Positions 28,808-39,425 of a stretch of 64,000 nt of DNA are shown one piece after another. The stretch is taken from contig JAWARQ010000001.1 of the NCBI GenBank assembly GCA_038893355.1, positions 1 through 64,000 on the forward strand, given 5' to 3'. Below the pieces are notes generated by a model that did not search any database, was not told where the DNA came from, and was given only the letters and a program-made list of their open reading frames with translations. The position numbers and the translations under genes are program-made. Numbering within the stretch: position 1 is the first letter of the stretch; every line of letters begins with the position of its first letter. This stretch comes from Sulfolobaceae archaeon. GTDB taxonomy: Archaea > Thermoproteota > Thermoprotei_A > Sulfolobales > Sulfolobaceae.

Positions 28808-29462
28808 TTTTTCTTAATGACTCAAGATGAAGTACTGGGAAAAAAGATAGTAAGAATGTATTTTTAGTATCAAAAATTCCTTTAACTATTTCTGGTGTAG
28901 GCTCATAAGCATCTAATATTACTTTAGAAATATTTTCAAATCTTTTAATATCATATATATTCTCAACTGCTATAAAAAATAATAATACAAGCAAATCCCA
29001 ACTCCTATATTTAGGTGAATCTAGTTGAAGCGATTGTTCTGCATCAATTACATATAGCTTCTTTTTATTGTATTTATCTATTAAAAAATTGCTAATTTTT
29101 GTATCACCTAAAACAAAATTATTATTATGAATAACACTTAACGAGCTACCTAGCAACTCGTAATCTTCTTGATCTTTTAGTTCTCTCCCATCTATATATT
29201 CTCTATAGAGGATAAATTTCTCAAAATCAAAATCTATTATCTTTGGAACAAATATCTTATCTTTCCAATTATATGTCATAAAGTTAAGTTCTCTTTTCAT
29301 TCTTTCTTTAGGACTAGAAACAAATGGATATACCTTAAATGCAGAAACTATAAAATACCACTTTATACTCATAAGTGTATCATAATATTTTACCACATAC
29401 TTTTTTTCACCGTCTTTAAGTATGCGTGACTGTGATGAAAAAAATGAAAGTTTTTTCATCAT
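28788..29462 (-). CDS. Atypical protein kinase-like fold protein (RIO/Kdo/Bud32-like)
   Basis: YVVK, REYIDG, LGDTKISNF and VIDAE motifs. Confidence 0.7.
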   Translation of the reverse strand: MMKKLSFFSSQSRILKDGEKKYVVKYYDTLMSIKWYFIVSAFKVYPFVSSPKERMKRELNFMTYNWKDKIFVPKIIDFDFEKFILYREYIDGRELKDQEDYELLGSSLSVIHNNNFVLGDTKISNFLIDKYNKKKLYVIDAEQSLQLDSPKYRSWDLLVLLFFIAVENIYDIKRFENISKVILDAYEPTPEIVKGIFDTKNTFLLSFFPVLHLESLRKIIARFL

Positions 29463-29618
29463 TTATTCTACTATTACGTATAATTTCCTTATTAATTCAC
29501 CATCATCATAAACCTCCTTAAGATTACCTCTATGAAGCACGTCCTTTAAATTTACTGTTTTTGGAGAAAAATCAAGAACTTCTCCTTCCTTACTTGTAAT
29601 TACTATTACTTGGATCAC
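29463..29618 (-). CDS. Small hypothetical protein (51 aa)
   Basis: Not in the ORF track. GTG start; MIQVIVITSKEGEVLDFSPKTVNLKDVLHRGNLKEVYDDGELIRKLYVIVE fills the gap, and its TAA abuts the next ATG. Confidence 0.75.
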   Translation of the reverse strand: MIQVIVITSKEGEVLDFSPKTVNLKDVLHRGNLKEVYDDGELIRKLYVIVE

Positions 29619-29629
29619 GAGATAATGTC

Positions 29630-30541
29630 TTATTCTGAATTACCTTTTAAAATTTCCTCTTCTAGTTCACTCACTTCATATACATATTTATAGAGATCGT
29701 CAGGTATAATTAATACAGTAAGCTTATCATCCTTTAGTTTACTATATGCAGCAACACATGCACCACCGCTAAATCCAAATAATATGCCCGAAGTTCTTGC
29801 AACTTCTAAAATACCATACATTGCTTCCTTAAACGTAACATCAATAACTTTGTCAATTTCAACTTGCTTTAAGAATACGTTATCTTCACTTTGTCTTTTT
29901 ATCCCAGGAATTTTTTCCCCTTCTGCAGGCTGAACACCTATAATTTCTATACTCTTTCCATACCTTTCCTTAAAATACTTAGCTATACCTGCAATATGAC
30001 CAGCCGTGCCCATTGTTGCAATTATTCTTTCCGGTTTTTTCCCAATGCTTCTTAATTGTTCATCTAACTCTTTAGCAGTAGTTTCGTAATGCGCTATCAA
30101 ATTTGCTACGTTAGTGAATTGGTCAACATGATATATATTAAAACTAGACGCAAATTGCCTTACTAATGGTAAAATCTCATTGGTACTATTTCCAGCTTCT
30201 ATTATTTTTGCACCTAAAATTTTCATAAAACTCTTAAAAACTTTAGCTGAAGTTTGCGGTAAGAACGCTATAAATTCCTTATTATATATTCTAGCTAGAC
30301 TAGCGAGAGCTATACCGGTATTACCAGATGTTGCATCGACTATCTTAGAATAACCCCTTCTTAATACATCCATGAATAAAAACCATGCAGTCCTATCCTT
30401 TATACTCCTACTAAAAGGATTATAAAATTCAAGTTTTGCCCACACTTCAGATCCTATCTTAAGTTTTAATAATGGAGTAGGCCACATTCCCTCTAGTAAC
30501 TCTATAGGTGACTCAAAAACCTTGAGTTGTTTATTTGACAC
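29630..30541 (-). CDS. cysM: PLP-dependent cysteine synthase family protein
   Basis: [15 protein letters not shown] (PLP Lys), ATSGNTG and GTAGH motifs. Confidence 0.85.
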   Translation of the reverse strand: MSNKQLKVFESPIELLEGMWPTPLLKLKIGSEVWAKLEFYNPFSRSIKDRTAWFLFMDVLRRGYSKIVDATSGNTGIALASLARIYNKEFIAFLPQTSAKVFKSFMKILGAKIIEAGNSTNEILPLVRQFASSFNIYHVDQFTNVANLIAHYETTAKELDEQLRSIGKKPERIIATMGTAGHIAGIAKYFKERYGKSIEIIGVQPAEGEKIPGIKRQSEDNVFLKQVEIDKVIDVTFKEAMYGILEVARTSGILFGFSGGACVAAYSKLKDDKLTVLIIPDDLYKYVYEVSELEEEILKGNSE

Positions 30542-30584
30542 AATATAGACCGCCGTAGAAACTGTGTAGTGCCTCTTTAAAAAA

Positions 30585-30806
30585 TCATCTTTTAAAAAGC
30601 TTAAGTTTAACTACTATCTTATTATTTTCCCTACTTGCTGAAATAAAATAATTTCCAGTACTTTCGCACCATTTCTTTACCTCCTCTACTATTGCCTCCC
30701 ATGGGGTCTTTAGTATAACTTCCTCTTCATTTTGGACTTCATTCCATAATTTTAATAATTTTATCATAATTACTGGGCAAATATCATCAGTTTCTATAAT
30801 TCTCAT
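30585..30806 (-). CDS. tusA: TusA/SirA-family sulfur carrier
   Basis: 73 aa, DICPV motif, TusA-like length and pattern. Confidence 0.75.
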   Translation of the reverse strand: MRIIETDDICPVIMIKLLKLWNEVQNEEEVILKTPWEAIVEEVKKWCESTGNYFISASRENNKIVVKLKLFKR

Positions 30807-31207
30807 AAAGTAATCACCAGATCAGAGTCTTGGGCTTCTTTAATAAATGATATTCCTCCAGATAATTTAATATTTTCTATTAAATCATCTTTACTTAAAT
30901 TGAGGATTTTTAAACCTACTTCGTCTACATAAAATTCGATACCTAATTTAATAGCCTCATCTATAAGGACCGAAGCATCTGGAATCTTTAGTCTCTTCAT
31001 CTTCCATCTTACATAAATATTAGCCAAAAATCCTAAATTTAATTTAGCCTTGCCTTTAGAATACTTTGTAAAGAGAATTACAGCTTGAGAAGTAACAAAA
31101 AATTTTACAACCCATCCTATTGCTCTAGCATCGATAGCAATAACTAGAGCATGATAAAGTTTGTCTAGACTATTATCAGTTAAAAGTATCGTTAACTTAT
31201 TAGTCAT
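30803..31207 (-). CDS. DsrE/DsrF-family protein
   Basis: KLTILL..ALVIA..KFFVT N-terminus and [19 protein letters not shown]-terminus. Confidence 0.75.
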   Translation of the reverse strand: MTNKLTILLTDNSLDKLYHALVIAIDARAIGWVVKFFVTSQAVILFTKYSKGKAKLNLGFLANIYVRWKMKRLKIPDASVLIDEAIKLGIEFYVDEVGLKILNLSKDDLIENIKLSGGISFIKEAQDSDLVITL

Positions 31208-31253
31208 AATTAATAATTGAGGTTTTTATGTTAAAAACTCTCTATCTACTGTA

Positions 31254-32249
31254 ATGAAAATTAGAGCAGCAACAGTATTCTTAAATGAATTCACAAAAGA
31301 TTCCTTAGAAAATTATATTAATTTTTTAGAAAAAATTAATAATGAAATCATATGGAGTAAAAGAATAACATTAAGACCTATGAATTCAAAGCAGGTTGAA
31401 AAGATAATAAGTGATATACCAACTAGCAATAGAGTATTAATAGGTGCAGTACATCTTAAAGATAACGATAATATTAATTTAATAAAAGATTATTTAAAAA
31501 CAGGGGATAATTTTTTTGCATCCGTACTCTTTAAAGACCTATCTTCTGCTGAAAAAATCATTAAACTTATTAACAGCCTAGAGCCTAATGAGGCAAGCAG
31601 ATTTGCAGTACTCTTTAATGATGACTTTTTGACTACTCCATACTTTCCAGTAGGAAGTGCAAATGTGAGTATGAATTCTTTAGGAGTTTCTCTACTATAC
31701 ATTAGAGAATTTATAAGCGGGAAAGGAACTTTTGCGTTGTCTGAAGCTGAGAAGATTGGAAAGGAGTTGTCTTCATTATTAGGAGTAAGATATCTTGGAG
31801 TTGACCCTTCATTATCGCCATGGATGGAAGAGAGTGTAGGTGAGATCATTGAATCAAAAAGTTCAAAAATTTTTAGTCCAGGAAACATTTGGGCTGTAAG
31901 TAAAATTAATGAAGAAATTGCTAAGATATCCTTAGATTCACGGATAAGGGTAATTGGATTTTCTGAAGTAATGCTACCAGTAGGGGAAGACAATTTATTA
32001 ATAAAACGAGTAGAAGAGGGTTCACTTAAATTATATCATTTAATTTCCCTCATATATACATGTGTTGCTGGATTAGATATGGTAGCAATTAATACATCTC
32101 CAGAGTTGTTATTAAATTTAATTAAAGATCTATACTCTATTCAAAGAGTTAAGGAAAGACCAGTAGGAATGAGAGTAATTCCATCATTTGGAAATGAATA
32201 TGTATATGTAAAAGGTTTTGGAAGACTTCCAGAAATAAAAATAGTTTGA
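31254..32249 (+). CDS. DUF711-family protein
   Basis: GVDPSLSP, GFSEVMLPVGED and CVAGLDMV motifs. Confidence 0.75.
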   Translation: MKIRAATVFLNEFTKDSLENYINFLEKINNEIIWSKRITLRPMNSKQVEKIISDIPTSNRVLIGAVHLKDNDNINLIKDYLKTGDNFFASVLFKDLSSAEKIIKLINSLEPNEASRFAVLFNDDFLTTPYFPVGSANVSMNSLGVSLLYIREFISGKGTFALSEAEKIGKELSSLLGVRYLGVDPSLSPWMEESVGEIIESKSSKIFSPGNIWAVSKINEEIAKISLDSRIRVIGFSEVMLPVGEDNLLIKRVEEGSLKLYHLISLIYTCVAGLDMVAINTSPELLLNLIKDLYSIQRVKERPVGMRVIPSFGNEYVYVKGFGRLPEIKIV

Positions 32250-32320
32250 AATATGACATAAAAGATTTAAACCACTTTTATATACTTTTGAATTGTTAAA
32301 ATAATTTGAGAGTGGTATAA

Positions 32321-33370
32321 TTGGAAGTTAGGAGGGTTCAAAAATTTGGAAAATCTACTTTAATGGTCTCACTACCTGCAGATTGGGTAAAAGAAGTAGG
32401 ATTAGTGGCTGGAGATAGTGTATATATAGAAGTTGATGAAGATGGTAGTTTAAGGATATATCCCTCAAATATTAAAATAGAGGCTAGTGTTAGGGAAGTA
32501 AAGGTAAATATTAGTAATACAGTAAGTCCAGAACTATTAACAAGAATAATATATGCATATTATATCCTAGGGATAGATAAGATAACTATAGAAACTAAAA
32601 ATGGTACATTTACAGAAGAAATTTTAAAGAAGATAAAAGAGGCGGCAAGAAACCTAATAGGATTTGAAATAGTAAATCAGTCTATAGATACTGTACAGAT
32701 ACAATCATTTCTTGATCCTACTAAATATAATATGAGTAACTTATTGTTAAGACTCAGTAATACCTTAAAGCAAATGTTCCATTATCTAAGCTTAGGATTA
32801 AAGGAAGCTAGCAGGATGTTTTTACAAGAAGTTATTGAACTAGAAAAGGAGATAGATAGATTATACTATCTTGCATTAAGACAATTAATACTAACTCAGA
32901 TTAATAGGAATCTATCTTACATGATAGGAGTAAAGAGAGTTCAAATAGTAGGGAATAGAATATTAATAAAGGCTATAGAAGAAGCTGCTGATGAAATAAG
33001 TGAGGCCGCTAATGACCTCCTTACATTACATCCTTCTGAATTAGAATTAATGAAAATAGCCTGGAAAAAATTGGATATTCTAATAGAACAAACAACTGTT
33101 GCTATAGATCATGCAATAAAGGTGATAACTAAAGAAGACTTTAAGTTAGCAAATGAAGTGTTAGAAGAATTAAGAACTATGAGAAGAGTACTTCTTACAC
33201 AGGCAACTATGATTGAAGATTTGGTTTCAGAAATAAAGAATCCAAAAATTCTTAGCGTTATTAGAGTAATTAACTTAAGATTATATAACGCTATTAGAAG
33301 AATGGAACCAATAGCAGAAATAGCGTTTAATAGAAGTATTGAAAATATTAAAGAGCTTGACGTGCAATAA
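32321..33370 (+). CDS. AbrB-PhoU phosphate uptake regulator
   Basis: [19 protein letters not shown] AbrB domain plus PhoU helical repeats (EKEIDRLY). Confidence 0.88.
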   Translation: MEVRRVQKFGKSTLMVSLPADWVKEVGLVAGDSVYIEVDEDGSLRIYPSNIKIEASVREVKVNISNTVSPELLTRIIYAYYILGIDKITIETKNGTFTEEILKKIKEAARNLIGFEIVNQSIDTVQIQSFLDPTKYNMSNLLLRLSNTLKQMFHYLSLGLKEASRMFLQEVIELEKEIDRLYYLALRQLILTQINRNLSYMIGVKRVQIVGNRILIKAIEEAADEISEAANDLLTLHPSELELMKIAWKKLDILIEQTTVAIDHAIKVITKEDFKLANEVLEELRTMRRVLLTQATMIEDLVSEIKNPKILSVIRVINLRLYNAIRRMEPIAEIAFNRSIENIKELDVQ

Positions 33371-34526
33371 CTTCTTTAAGTTGACTAATAACATATTCCC
33401 TTATTTCCTTAACTGATGGTAATGGTTCAATTATTTTTCCATTTTCCATATATTTTTTAAGCAATGGCTTACAGCCCTCTTTAGGAGGCTTTTCATTAAG
33501 CAATGTAATTATATCATCATCTGGTATAGAACCACATCTATATATCTGCTTTGCACCAGGCCATTTACCTCTTTTCGTTATCGGTACCCATTCACCATTA
33601 ATATACTTCTCTACAATATCTGCACTTACATCAACACTTGGTGGAAATGCAATACTTGTGCCAACACCAAAACCGTCAACAACATCCTTAAGTTTTATTA
33701 CATCCTCCTCGTCAATTCCCCCGCTAGCAAAAATCTTTACATTATGATATCCATTTATTTTTAAAGTCCATTTTACTTCTTCAATAAGCCTTCTGAAATT
33801 ACCTCTTCTACTAGAAGGAGTATCTAATCTTATTCCATAAAGTCTATCTCCTAATAATCTTGCAGCTTTTAATGCTTCAGTCCTCTCATCTTCAAAAGTA
33901 TCTACTAATGCAATTCTAGGTACATCTGACGGCATAACTTCATCAAAAGCTTTCCATGCTTTTTCATTATCGCCTACACTAATGATTAAAGCATGTGGCA
34001 TAGTACCACTAGGCTTTATTTTGAAAAATTCCTCACTAATAACACCAGAAACACCGTCCATTCCGCCTATATATGCAGCTCTATCCGCCATCGGTGCTAT
34101 TGCTGGATGTAAAACTCTCAAACCGAAAAAGAGAAAAGTCTTGTCAATAGCTAGTGCCTTTATCCTTGCAGCTTTAGTAGCTATACTAGACGAATGCCGG
34201 ATTATCCCTAGTAGGGCAGTCTCATAAACTGCAAAGTCTATATACTTACCCTCAATTATAAGTAATGGCTCAATCTCCTTAAAAAGAGTGCCTTCTGGTA
34301 TTGAGTATACCGTTAATGGTAGGCCTTCTAGAAGTCTTAAAACTTCTTCTAAGCCTGCAAAGACAGCCCATTTATAACCCTTTGGTAAGCTATAAACATG
34401 AAACTCCATTCTAACTCTCAGATTTTCAAGACCTAATCTCTTAAGTATTTCTACAGTTCTTTGAAAGTAAATATCAGTTACCTTTCCACTTAGTATATCT
34501 TCTTCTGATGCAATGAAAAACCTCAT
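33348..34526 (-). CDS. pncB: Nicotinate phosphoribosyltransferase
   Basis: TDIYF, GTMPHA, IRLDTP and GFGVGT motifs. Confidence 0.92.
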   Translation of the reverse strand: MRFFIASEEDILSGKVTDIYFQRTVEILKRLGLENLRVRMEFHVYSLPKGYKWAVFAGLEEVLRLLEGLPLTVYSIPEGTLFKEIEPLLIIEGKYIDFAVYETALLGIIRHSSSIATKAARIKALAIDKTFLFFGLRVLHPAIAPMADRAAYIGGMDGVSGVISEEFFKIKPSGTMPHALIISVGDNEKAWKAFDEVMPSDVPRIALVDTFEDERTEALKAARLLGDRLYGIRLDTPSSRRGNFRRLIEEVKWTLKINGYHNVKIFASGGIDEEDVIKLKDVVDGFGVGTSIAFPPSVDVSADIVEKYINGEWVPITKRGKWPGAKQIYRCGSIPDDDIITLLNEKPPKEGCKPLLKKYMENGKIIEPLPSVKEIREYVISQLKEVIARQAL

Positions 34527-34593
34527 TTATGACTCGTAATTATTCTGGGAGATTAATTTTTAAATTTTGAGTAGGAGATAATGATGAATATTA

Positions 34594-35058
34594 ATGATTA
34601 CGCCTAAAATGGTGCCTGCAGACCTATTAGTGAAACGAGTTGCAGAATATTTAAAGGAAAATGTATCTTCACTTAAACCACCATACTGGGTTTATTATGC
34701 AAAGACAGCTAGTTATAAAGAACGCGTACCAGATAATCCAGAAGAGTGGTGGTATTTAAGGGCAGCATCATTACTTAGAAAGCTGTATATTTCTTCAGAA
34801 CCGATTGGAGTAGAAACCACACGAACAATATATAGTGGAAGAAAGAGAAGAGGTGCAAGACCACCAATAACTGTAAAAGCTCCAGGGCATTCTGCTAGGA
34901 TAATCTTCCAGCAATTAGAAAAAGCAGGACTTGTAATAAAAACCACTAAAGGACGTATAATTTCTCCTAAAGGAAGGGCTTTATTAGATAGAATATCCTA
35001 CGAAATATTTAAAGGACTGGCTGACCAAAATCCAGATTTGAAAAAGTATTTAGAATAG
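34594..35058 (+). CDS. rps19e: 30S ribosomal protein S19e
   Basis: [12 protein letters not shown] and QQLEKAGLV motifs; gene context. Confidence 0.97.
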   Translation: MITPKMVPADLLVKRVAEYLKENVSSLKPPYWVYYAKTASYKERVPDNPEEWWYLRAASLLRKLYISSEPIGVETTRTIYSGRKRRGARPPITVKAPGHSARIIFQQLEKAGLVIKTTKGRIISPKGRALLDRISYEIFKGLADQNPDLKKYLE

Positions 35059-35067
35059 GTGAGAAAG

Positions 35068-35409
35068 ATGGCAGAAGAATACGATCCTGAGTTAGAAGCT
35101 CTATTAAGAAAAAGGGCAATGGAACTACAACAAAAGAAAGAGGAGCAAAAAAAGGCTGAAATTGAATCACAAAAAGAGGCAATTCTAAGGGTAATTCTTA
35201 CACAGGAGGCTAGATTAAGATTGAAGAATGTAAAGTTGGTTAGACCAGAATTAGCTGAAGCTTTAGAAAATCAATTAATAGCATTAGCACAATCAGGAAG
35301 GATAAAAGTTCCAATAACTGATGATGAACTAAAAGAGATATTAGCTAGAATTGATCAACAGAATAGGAGAGATATAAAAATCCAAATAAGAGAAAGGGGT
35401 TGGCGTTGA
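35068..35409 (+). CDS. PDCD5-like DNA-binding protein
   Basis: [19 protein letters not shown] motif. ATG 35068 follows SD GGTGAG. Confidence 0.92.
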   Translation: MAEEYDPELEALLRKRAMELQQKKEEQKKAEIESQKEAILRVILTQEARLRLKNVKLVRPELAEALENQLIALAQSGRIKVPITDDELKEILARIDQQNRRDIKIQIRERGWR

Positions 35410-35561
35410 GTGTACATAGACCATTAGCTAAGAAACTCAGACTTGCGAAGGCGTTAAAGAGAAATAGAGCAGTACCAGCATGGGTAATAGTTAAAACTCG
35501 TGGTAGATTTAGGTTTAATCCATTAAAGAGAGATTGGAGAAGGCAAGATTTAAAGGTGTAA
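35406..35561 (+). CDS. rpl39e: 50S ribosomal protein L39e
   Basis: Not in the ORF track. TTG start; [51 protein letters not shown]. Confidence 0.95.
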   Translation: MSVHRPLAKKLRLAKALKRNRAVPAWVIVKTRGRFRFNPLKRDWRRQDLKV

Positions 35562-35564
35562 AAT

Positions 35565-35831
35565 ATGAAGGAGAAGGAAAATTTTGAGATGGTAATAAAT
35601 CTTAGAAGAGTAAAAATGGGAAGAAGAACACGTAGATTTGTAAGAAGTATAAAGGTAATAAGAGAAAAGGTAATAAGACACTTTGGTGCAGAAAAAGTAA
35701 TAATAGATCCATTAGTATTAAATTATTTAAGTAGTAATCAAAAAGATAAAATAAAAGGGAGAATTAGGCTAAATATATCAAAAATAGGTGAGAAAACATA
35801 TTTAGTTAAATTAGCAGTGAAAGTTAAATGA
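35565..35831 (+). CDS. rpl31e: 50S ribosomal protein L31e
   Basis: [17 protein letters not shown] motif; gene context. Confidence 0.92.
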   Translation: MKEKENFEMVINLRRVKMGRRTRRFVRSIKVIREKVIRHFGAEKVIIDPLVLNYLSSNQKDKIKGRIRLNISKIGEKTYLVKLAVKVK

Positions 35832-36508
35832 TAAACATAAATAAATTAAGTATATTCAATAACGATAATTTAGGGGTTTATATTTTTTGCAATGATAAAT
35901 ATGTAATAATACCAAAAGGTATTGATGTTAAGACTAAGGAATTAATAGCAGAAACATTAAAAGCTGAAATAATCGAGGCAGAGGTAGCTAGAAGTCCTTT
36001 AATAGGAGTATTCCTAGTTGGAAATAATAATGTCTTACTGGTACCAAAAATAATTACTACCGAGGAATTAAGTTATCTAAAGCAAAATTTAAAAGATATG
36101 AGAGTAGAGATTTTTGAAAGTAAAGTAACAGCATTAGGTAATACGATACTTTTAAACGATCATGCAGCATATCTCTACCAAGACTTCTCAAATGAAGAAG
36201 TTACAAGACTTTCTAAGTTATTACAGTTGGATAATATCAAAAAAGGGACAATTGCGAACTTCATTACGATTGGAGCAGTTGCAGTGGTAACTAATAGAGG
36301 TGGTGTAGTACATATAGATGCAACTGATAATGAAGTAAAAGAGTTAGAAAAATTATTTAAAGTAAAAATAGGTGTTAGTACCGTTAATTTTGGAAGTGTT
36401 TTCTTAAGAAGTGGATTAGTAGCAAACTCTAAAGGTGCGCTTGTTGGTAGTTCTACTACAGGACCAGAAATATTAAGAATTCAAAAATCATTAAGTGGTG
36501 AGGTGTAA
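35828..36508 (+). CDS. eif6: Translation initiation factor 6
   Basis: [16 protein letters not shown] and TTGPEILRI motifs. Confidence 0.96.
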   Translation: MININKLSIFNNDNLGVYIFCNDKYVIIPKGIDVKTKELIAETLKAEIIEAEVARSPLIGVFLVGNNNVLLVPKIITTEELSYLKQNLKDMRVEIFESKVTALGNTILLNDHAAYLYQDFSNEEVTRLSKLLQLDNIKKGTIANFITIGAVAVVTNRGGVVHIDATDNEVKELEKLFKVKIGVSTVNFGSVFLRSGLVANSKGALVGSSTTGPEILRIQKSLSGEV

Positions 36509-36509
36509 T

Positions 36510-36770
36510 ATGAGTTCAGTTAGGGTATATCAAGTTAAAGGTATAGCATTATTTGGAGAATCAAGATACCCTGTACGTCAAAAATTTGTAAAATATGTGC
36601 CAGCATTAAATGAAAAGCAAGTTGTAGAATATATTTATTCTTTTCTTGGAAGTAAAAATAAGATAAAAAGATACAATATAAAAATTCTTGAAATTAAAGA
36701 AGTTAACATTGAAGAAATATATGATAAAAAGATAAAAGACTTATTAAAATTAGGTAAAATAATACTATAG
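36510..36770 (+). CDS. rpl18a: 50S ribosomal protein L18Ae/LX
   Basis: [17 protein letters not shown] motif. ATG 36510 follows SD GAGGTG. Confidence 0.92.
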   Translation: MSSVRVYQVKGIALFGESRYPVRQKFVKYVPALNEKQVVEYIYSFLGSKNKIKRYNIKILEIKEVNIEEIYDKKIKDLLKLGKIIL

Positions 36771-36780
36771 GTGTGAGAAT

Positions 36781-37233
36781 TTGTCAGAAAATAAAGAAGG
36801 TCAACAGCAAGTAATATCTGTCGAACAATTACTAAATGAAGTAGAAAGGATCAGAAGATCTATAGATACTCTACAATCTGCAATCTTAGAAGTTAATGAT
36901 TCAATTTCTGCAATAGCCTCGTCAAAGAAAGTTCTTGAAATAACTAAATCACAGAATCAAATAGAAGCCTTAGTTACTGTAGATAAGAAAGGTTATTTAA
37001 TTCAGAGAATTAATGGTATAGCATCTAATAAAGTATTAGTAAGACTAGGAAGCAAGTATTACGCTGAGGTAGACATTGATACGGCACTACGAATACTAGA
37101 GAAGAGGGAAGAGGAATTAAAGAGGGTATCTCAGTCATTACAAGGAGAACTCGCTAAACAACTGCAATATTACAATCAGTTGGTCGAGATTCTAAACCAA
37201 ATACAGACGCAACTACAACAAAGAGGTGAATAG
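36781..37233 (+). CDS. pfdA: Prefoldin alpha subunit
   Basis: Coiled coils flanking a VLVRLGSKYYAE hairpin; gene context. Confidence 0.92.
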   Translation: MSENKEGQQQVISVEQLLNEVERIRRSIDTLQSAILEVNDSISAIASSKKVLEITKSQNQIEALVTVDKKGYLIQRINGIASNKVLVRLGSKYYAEVDIDTALRILEKREEELKRVSQSLQGELAKQLQYYNQLVEILNQIQTQLQQRGE

Positions 37234-38207
37234 TCTGTTTCGACAGACTAAAAAAGGCATTTACAGGATTTTTAAATAAGCTCAAAAGTGAGGACGAGCA
37301 AGGAAGAGTAAAAGAAGAAGAGAGTAAATCCTCACATAGGGAATTTTTAGGATTTTTAAAATACAAGGAAATTGAAGAGAAGGATATTAGTGATATTCTT
37401 GAAGATTTAAGGCTTCAGCTTATTGAAAGTGATGTTTCTTACTCTGTTACTCAAAAAATTCTTGATGATATTAAGTCGGCACTAGTAGGTAAAAAGATAA
37501 AAAGAGGGGAAAATTTAGAAAAGATTGTACTAGATACCTTAAAGAAGTCAATTAATGAGGTTTTAGAACGTAGTAAAGCTATTGATATCCTTGAGGAAGT
37601 AAAAAAAGGGCAAAAGCCTTATATAATAGTATTTTTCGGCGTAAATGGAGTAGGTAAGACAACAACTATAGCGAAAATAGGATATTTATTAAAATCAGCA
37701 GGTTATAAAGTGATAATTGCAGCATGTGACACTTTTAGAGCAGCTGCCCAAGAGCAATTAGAATATCACGCTAAAAAACTGAATATAGAAATAATTAAAG
37801 GAAAATATGGCTCTGATCCGGCTTCAGTTGCATTTGATGCGATACAAAAGGCTAAGAAGAATAATTTTGATGTAGTACTTATCGATACTGCAGGCAGAAT
37901 GCACACTGATAAAAATTTAGTAGATGAACTAAAGAGAATTGTAAAAATTACTAAACCTAATTTAAAGATATTAATTATAGACGCATTAACTGGCAATGAT
38001 GCATTGGAACAGGCAAAGTATTTTGCAACTGCAGTAGGATTTGATACAGTAATTTTAACTAAAGTAGACGCAGATGTGAAGGGGGGTATTATATTATCTT
38101 TGGCATATAGCCTAGATAAACCAATTTCTTATTTAGGAATAGGCCAAAACTACGATAGTTTGATTAAAATGGATCCTTCGTGGATTATGGAAAGACTATT
38201 CGACTAA
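37230..38207 (+). CDS. ftsY: Signal recognition particle receptor FtsY (start codon non-canonical or unresolved)
   Basis: The frame is open from 37230 (IVCFDRLKKAF...) through GVNGVGKTTT, DTFRAAA, DTAGR and TKVD. The ORF-track start at 37710 omits the N domain and P-loop. Confidence 0.93.
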   Translation: MVCFDRLKKAFTGFLNKLKSEDEQGRVKEEESKSSHREFLGFLKYKEIEEKDISDILEDLRLQLIESDVSYSVTQKILDDIKSALVGKKIKRGENLEKIVLDTLKKSINEVLERSKAIDILEEVKKGQKPYIIVFFGVNGVGKTTTIAKIGYLLKSAGYKVIIAACDTFRAAAQEQLEYHAKKLNIEIIKGKYGSDPASVAFDAIQKAKKNNFDVVLIDTAGRMHTDKNLVDELKRIVKITKPNLKILIIDALTGNDALEQAKYFATAVGFDTVILTKVDADVKGGIILSLAYSLDKPISYLGIGQNYDSLIKMDPSWIMERLFD

Positions 38208-38243
38208 CTTAAATATTTAGCATTCAAATAGATTTAATGACAA

Positions 38244-38432
38244 ATGATGCTAAAGAAATTAGTTGAAAAATTACGAAGAATCAGAGAAGAGTGGGGAAGA
38301 ATAATCTCAGTATCTAGAAAGCCAGATAAGGATTTGTATAAGATAAATCTAAGAATGACATTCTTACTATTAGCACTATTTGGAGTAATAGCGTATTTGA
38401 TTCAATTAGCATTATTATTCATAATAGGTTGA
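38244..38432 (+). CDS. secE: Protein translocase SecE/Sec61-gamma
   Basis: RIISVSRKPD plus one TM helix; lies between ftsY and spt5. Confidence 0.92.
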   Translation: MMLKKLVEKLRRIREEWGRIISVSRKPDKDLYKINLRMTFLLLALFGVIAYLIQLALLFIIG

Positions 38433-38438
38433 TATAAT

Positions 38439-38900
38439 ATGGAGAAATCTTCAATAAGAAATTACTATGCAGTTAAGGTAACAGGAGGGCAAGAGTTAAA
38501 TGTAGCATTATTGATAGAAGAAAGGGTAAAAACTAATAATATTAGTGAAATTTACTCTATTATTATTCCCCCAAATCTTAAAGGATATGTAGTAATAGAA
38601 GCTACTGGAAGCCATATAGTGAGAACAGTAATCTCTGGAATAAGACATGTAAGGGGATTATCTCATGGATTAGTGCCTAAAGAAGAAATAATTAAAATGA
38701 TCTCAAAGAAAGAACGATTAGTTCAGTTAAAGAGTGGAGATCTTGTAGAAATAATTGCAGGACCATTTAGAGGAATGCAGGCTCAAGTAATCAGGGTTGA
38801 AGAAAATAAGGGTGAGGTAGTCTTAAATATTTTAGAATCTGCATTTCCATTACAAGTTACATTACCACTTGAACAAGTAAGACCAGCTAAAAAGGTGTAA
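38439..38900 (+). CDS. spt5: Transcription elongation factor Spt5/NusG
   Basis: YAVKVTGGQE NGN domain and GDLVEIIAGPF KOW motif. Confidence 0.97.
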   Translation: MEKSSIRNYYAVKVTGGQELNVALLIEERVKTNNISEIYSIIIPPNLKGYVVIEATGSHIVRTVISGIRHVRGLSHGLVPKEEIIKMISKKERLVQLKSGDLVEIIAGPFRGMQAQVIRVEENKGEVVLNILESAFPLQVTLPLEQVRPAKKV

Positions 38901-38903
38901 GAA

Positions 38904-39410
38904 ATGCCCGTGCGTACCATTAAGGTAGTAGTTGAAGGAGGAAATGTTAAGCCAGGCCCTCCACTAGCTCCTACTTTATCCCAGCTTGGTCTTAACGTTA
39001 ATGAAGTAATTAAGAAGATAAATGAAGTTACGGCAAATTATAAAGGTATGAGTGTACCAGTCTTCATAGATGTTGATACGGCTACTAAAAAGTATGAAGT
39101 AAGGGTTGGCGTACCTACTACAACAGCTCTTTTATTAAAACAAGCTGGTGTAAATGAGCCATCAGGCGATCCAGCTCATAAAAAGGTAGGTAATATTACA
39201 TTAGAAGATGTAATAAAAGTTGCAATATTAAAGAAACCATCTTTAACTGCAAAAACACTTAAAGCTGCAGTAAAATCAATATTAGGTTCTGCAAAATCAA
39301 TAGGACTAACCGTAGAGGGTAAGGATCCTAAAGATGTGATAAAAGAGGTTGAGGAAGGAAAATATAATGATTTATTAGCTAAATATGAAGAAGAGTGGAA
39401 TAAGAGTTAA
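38904..39410 (+). CDS. rpl11: 50S ribosomal protein L11
   Basis: [13 protein letters not shown] motif. Confidence 0.97.
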   Translation: MPVRTIKVVVEGGNVKPGPPLAPTLSQLGLNVNEVIKKINEVTANYKGMSVPVFIDVDTATKKYEVRVGVPTTTALLLKQAGVNEPSGDPAHKKVGNITLEDVIKVAILKKPSLTAKTLKAAVKSILGSAKSIGLTVEGKDPKDVIKEVEEGKYNDLLAKYEEEWNKS

Positions 39411-39425
39411 GAAGGTGATGCATTA

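Noticed and set aside
37710-38207. ftsY as a 165-aa truncated gene or pseudogene
   Set aside because: The frame is open and conserved for 160 more codons upstream, including the P-loop; only the start codon is unresolved.
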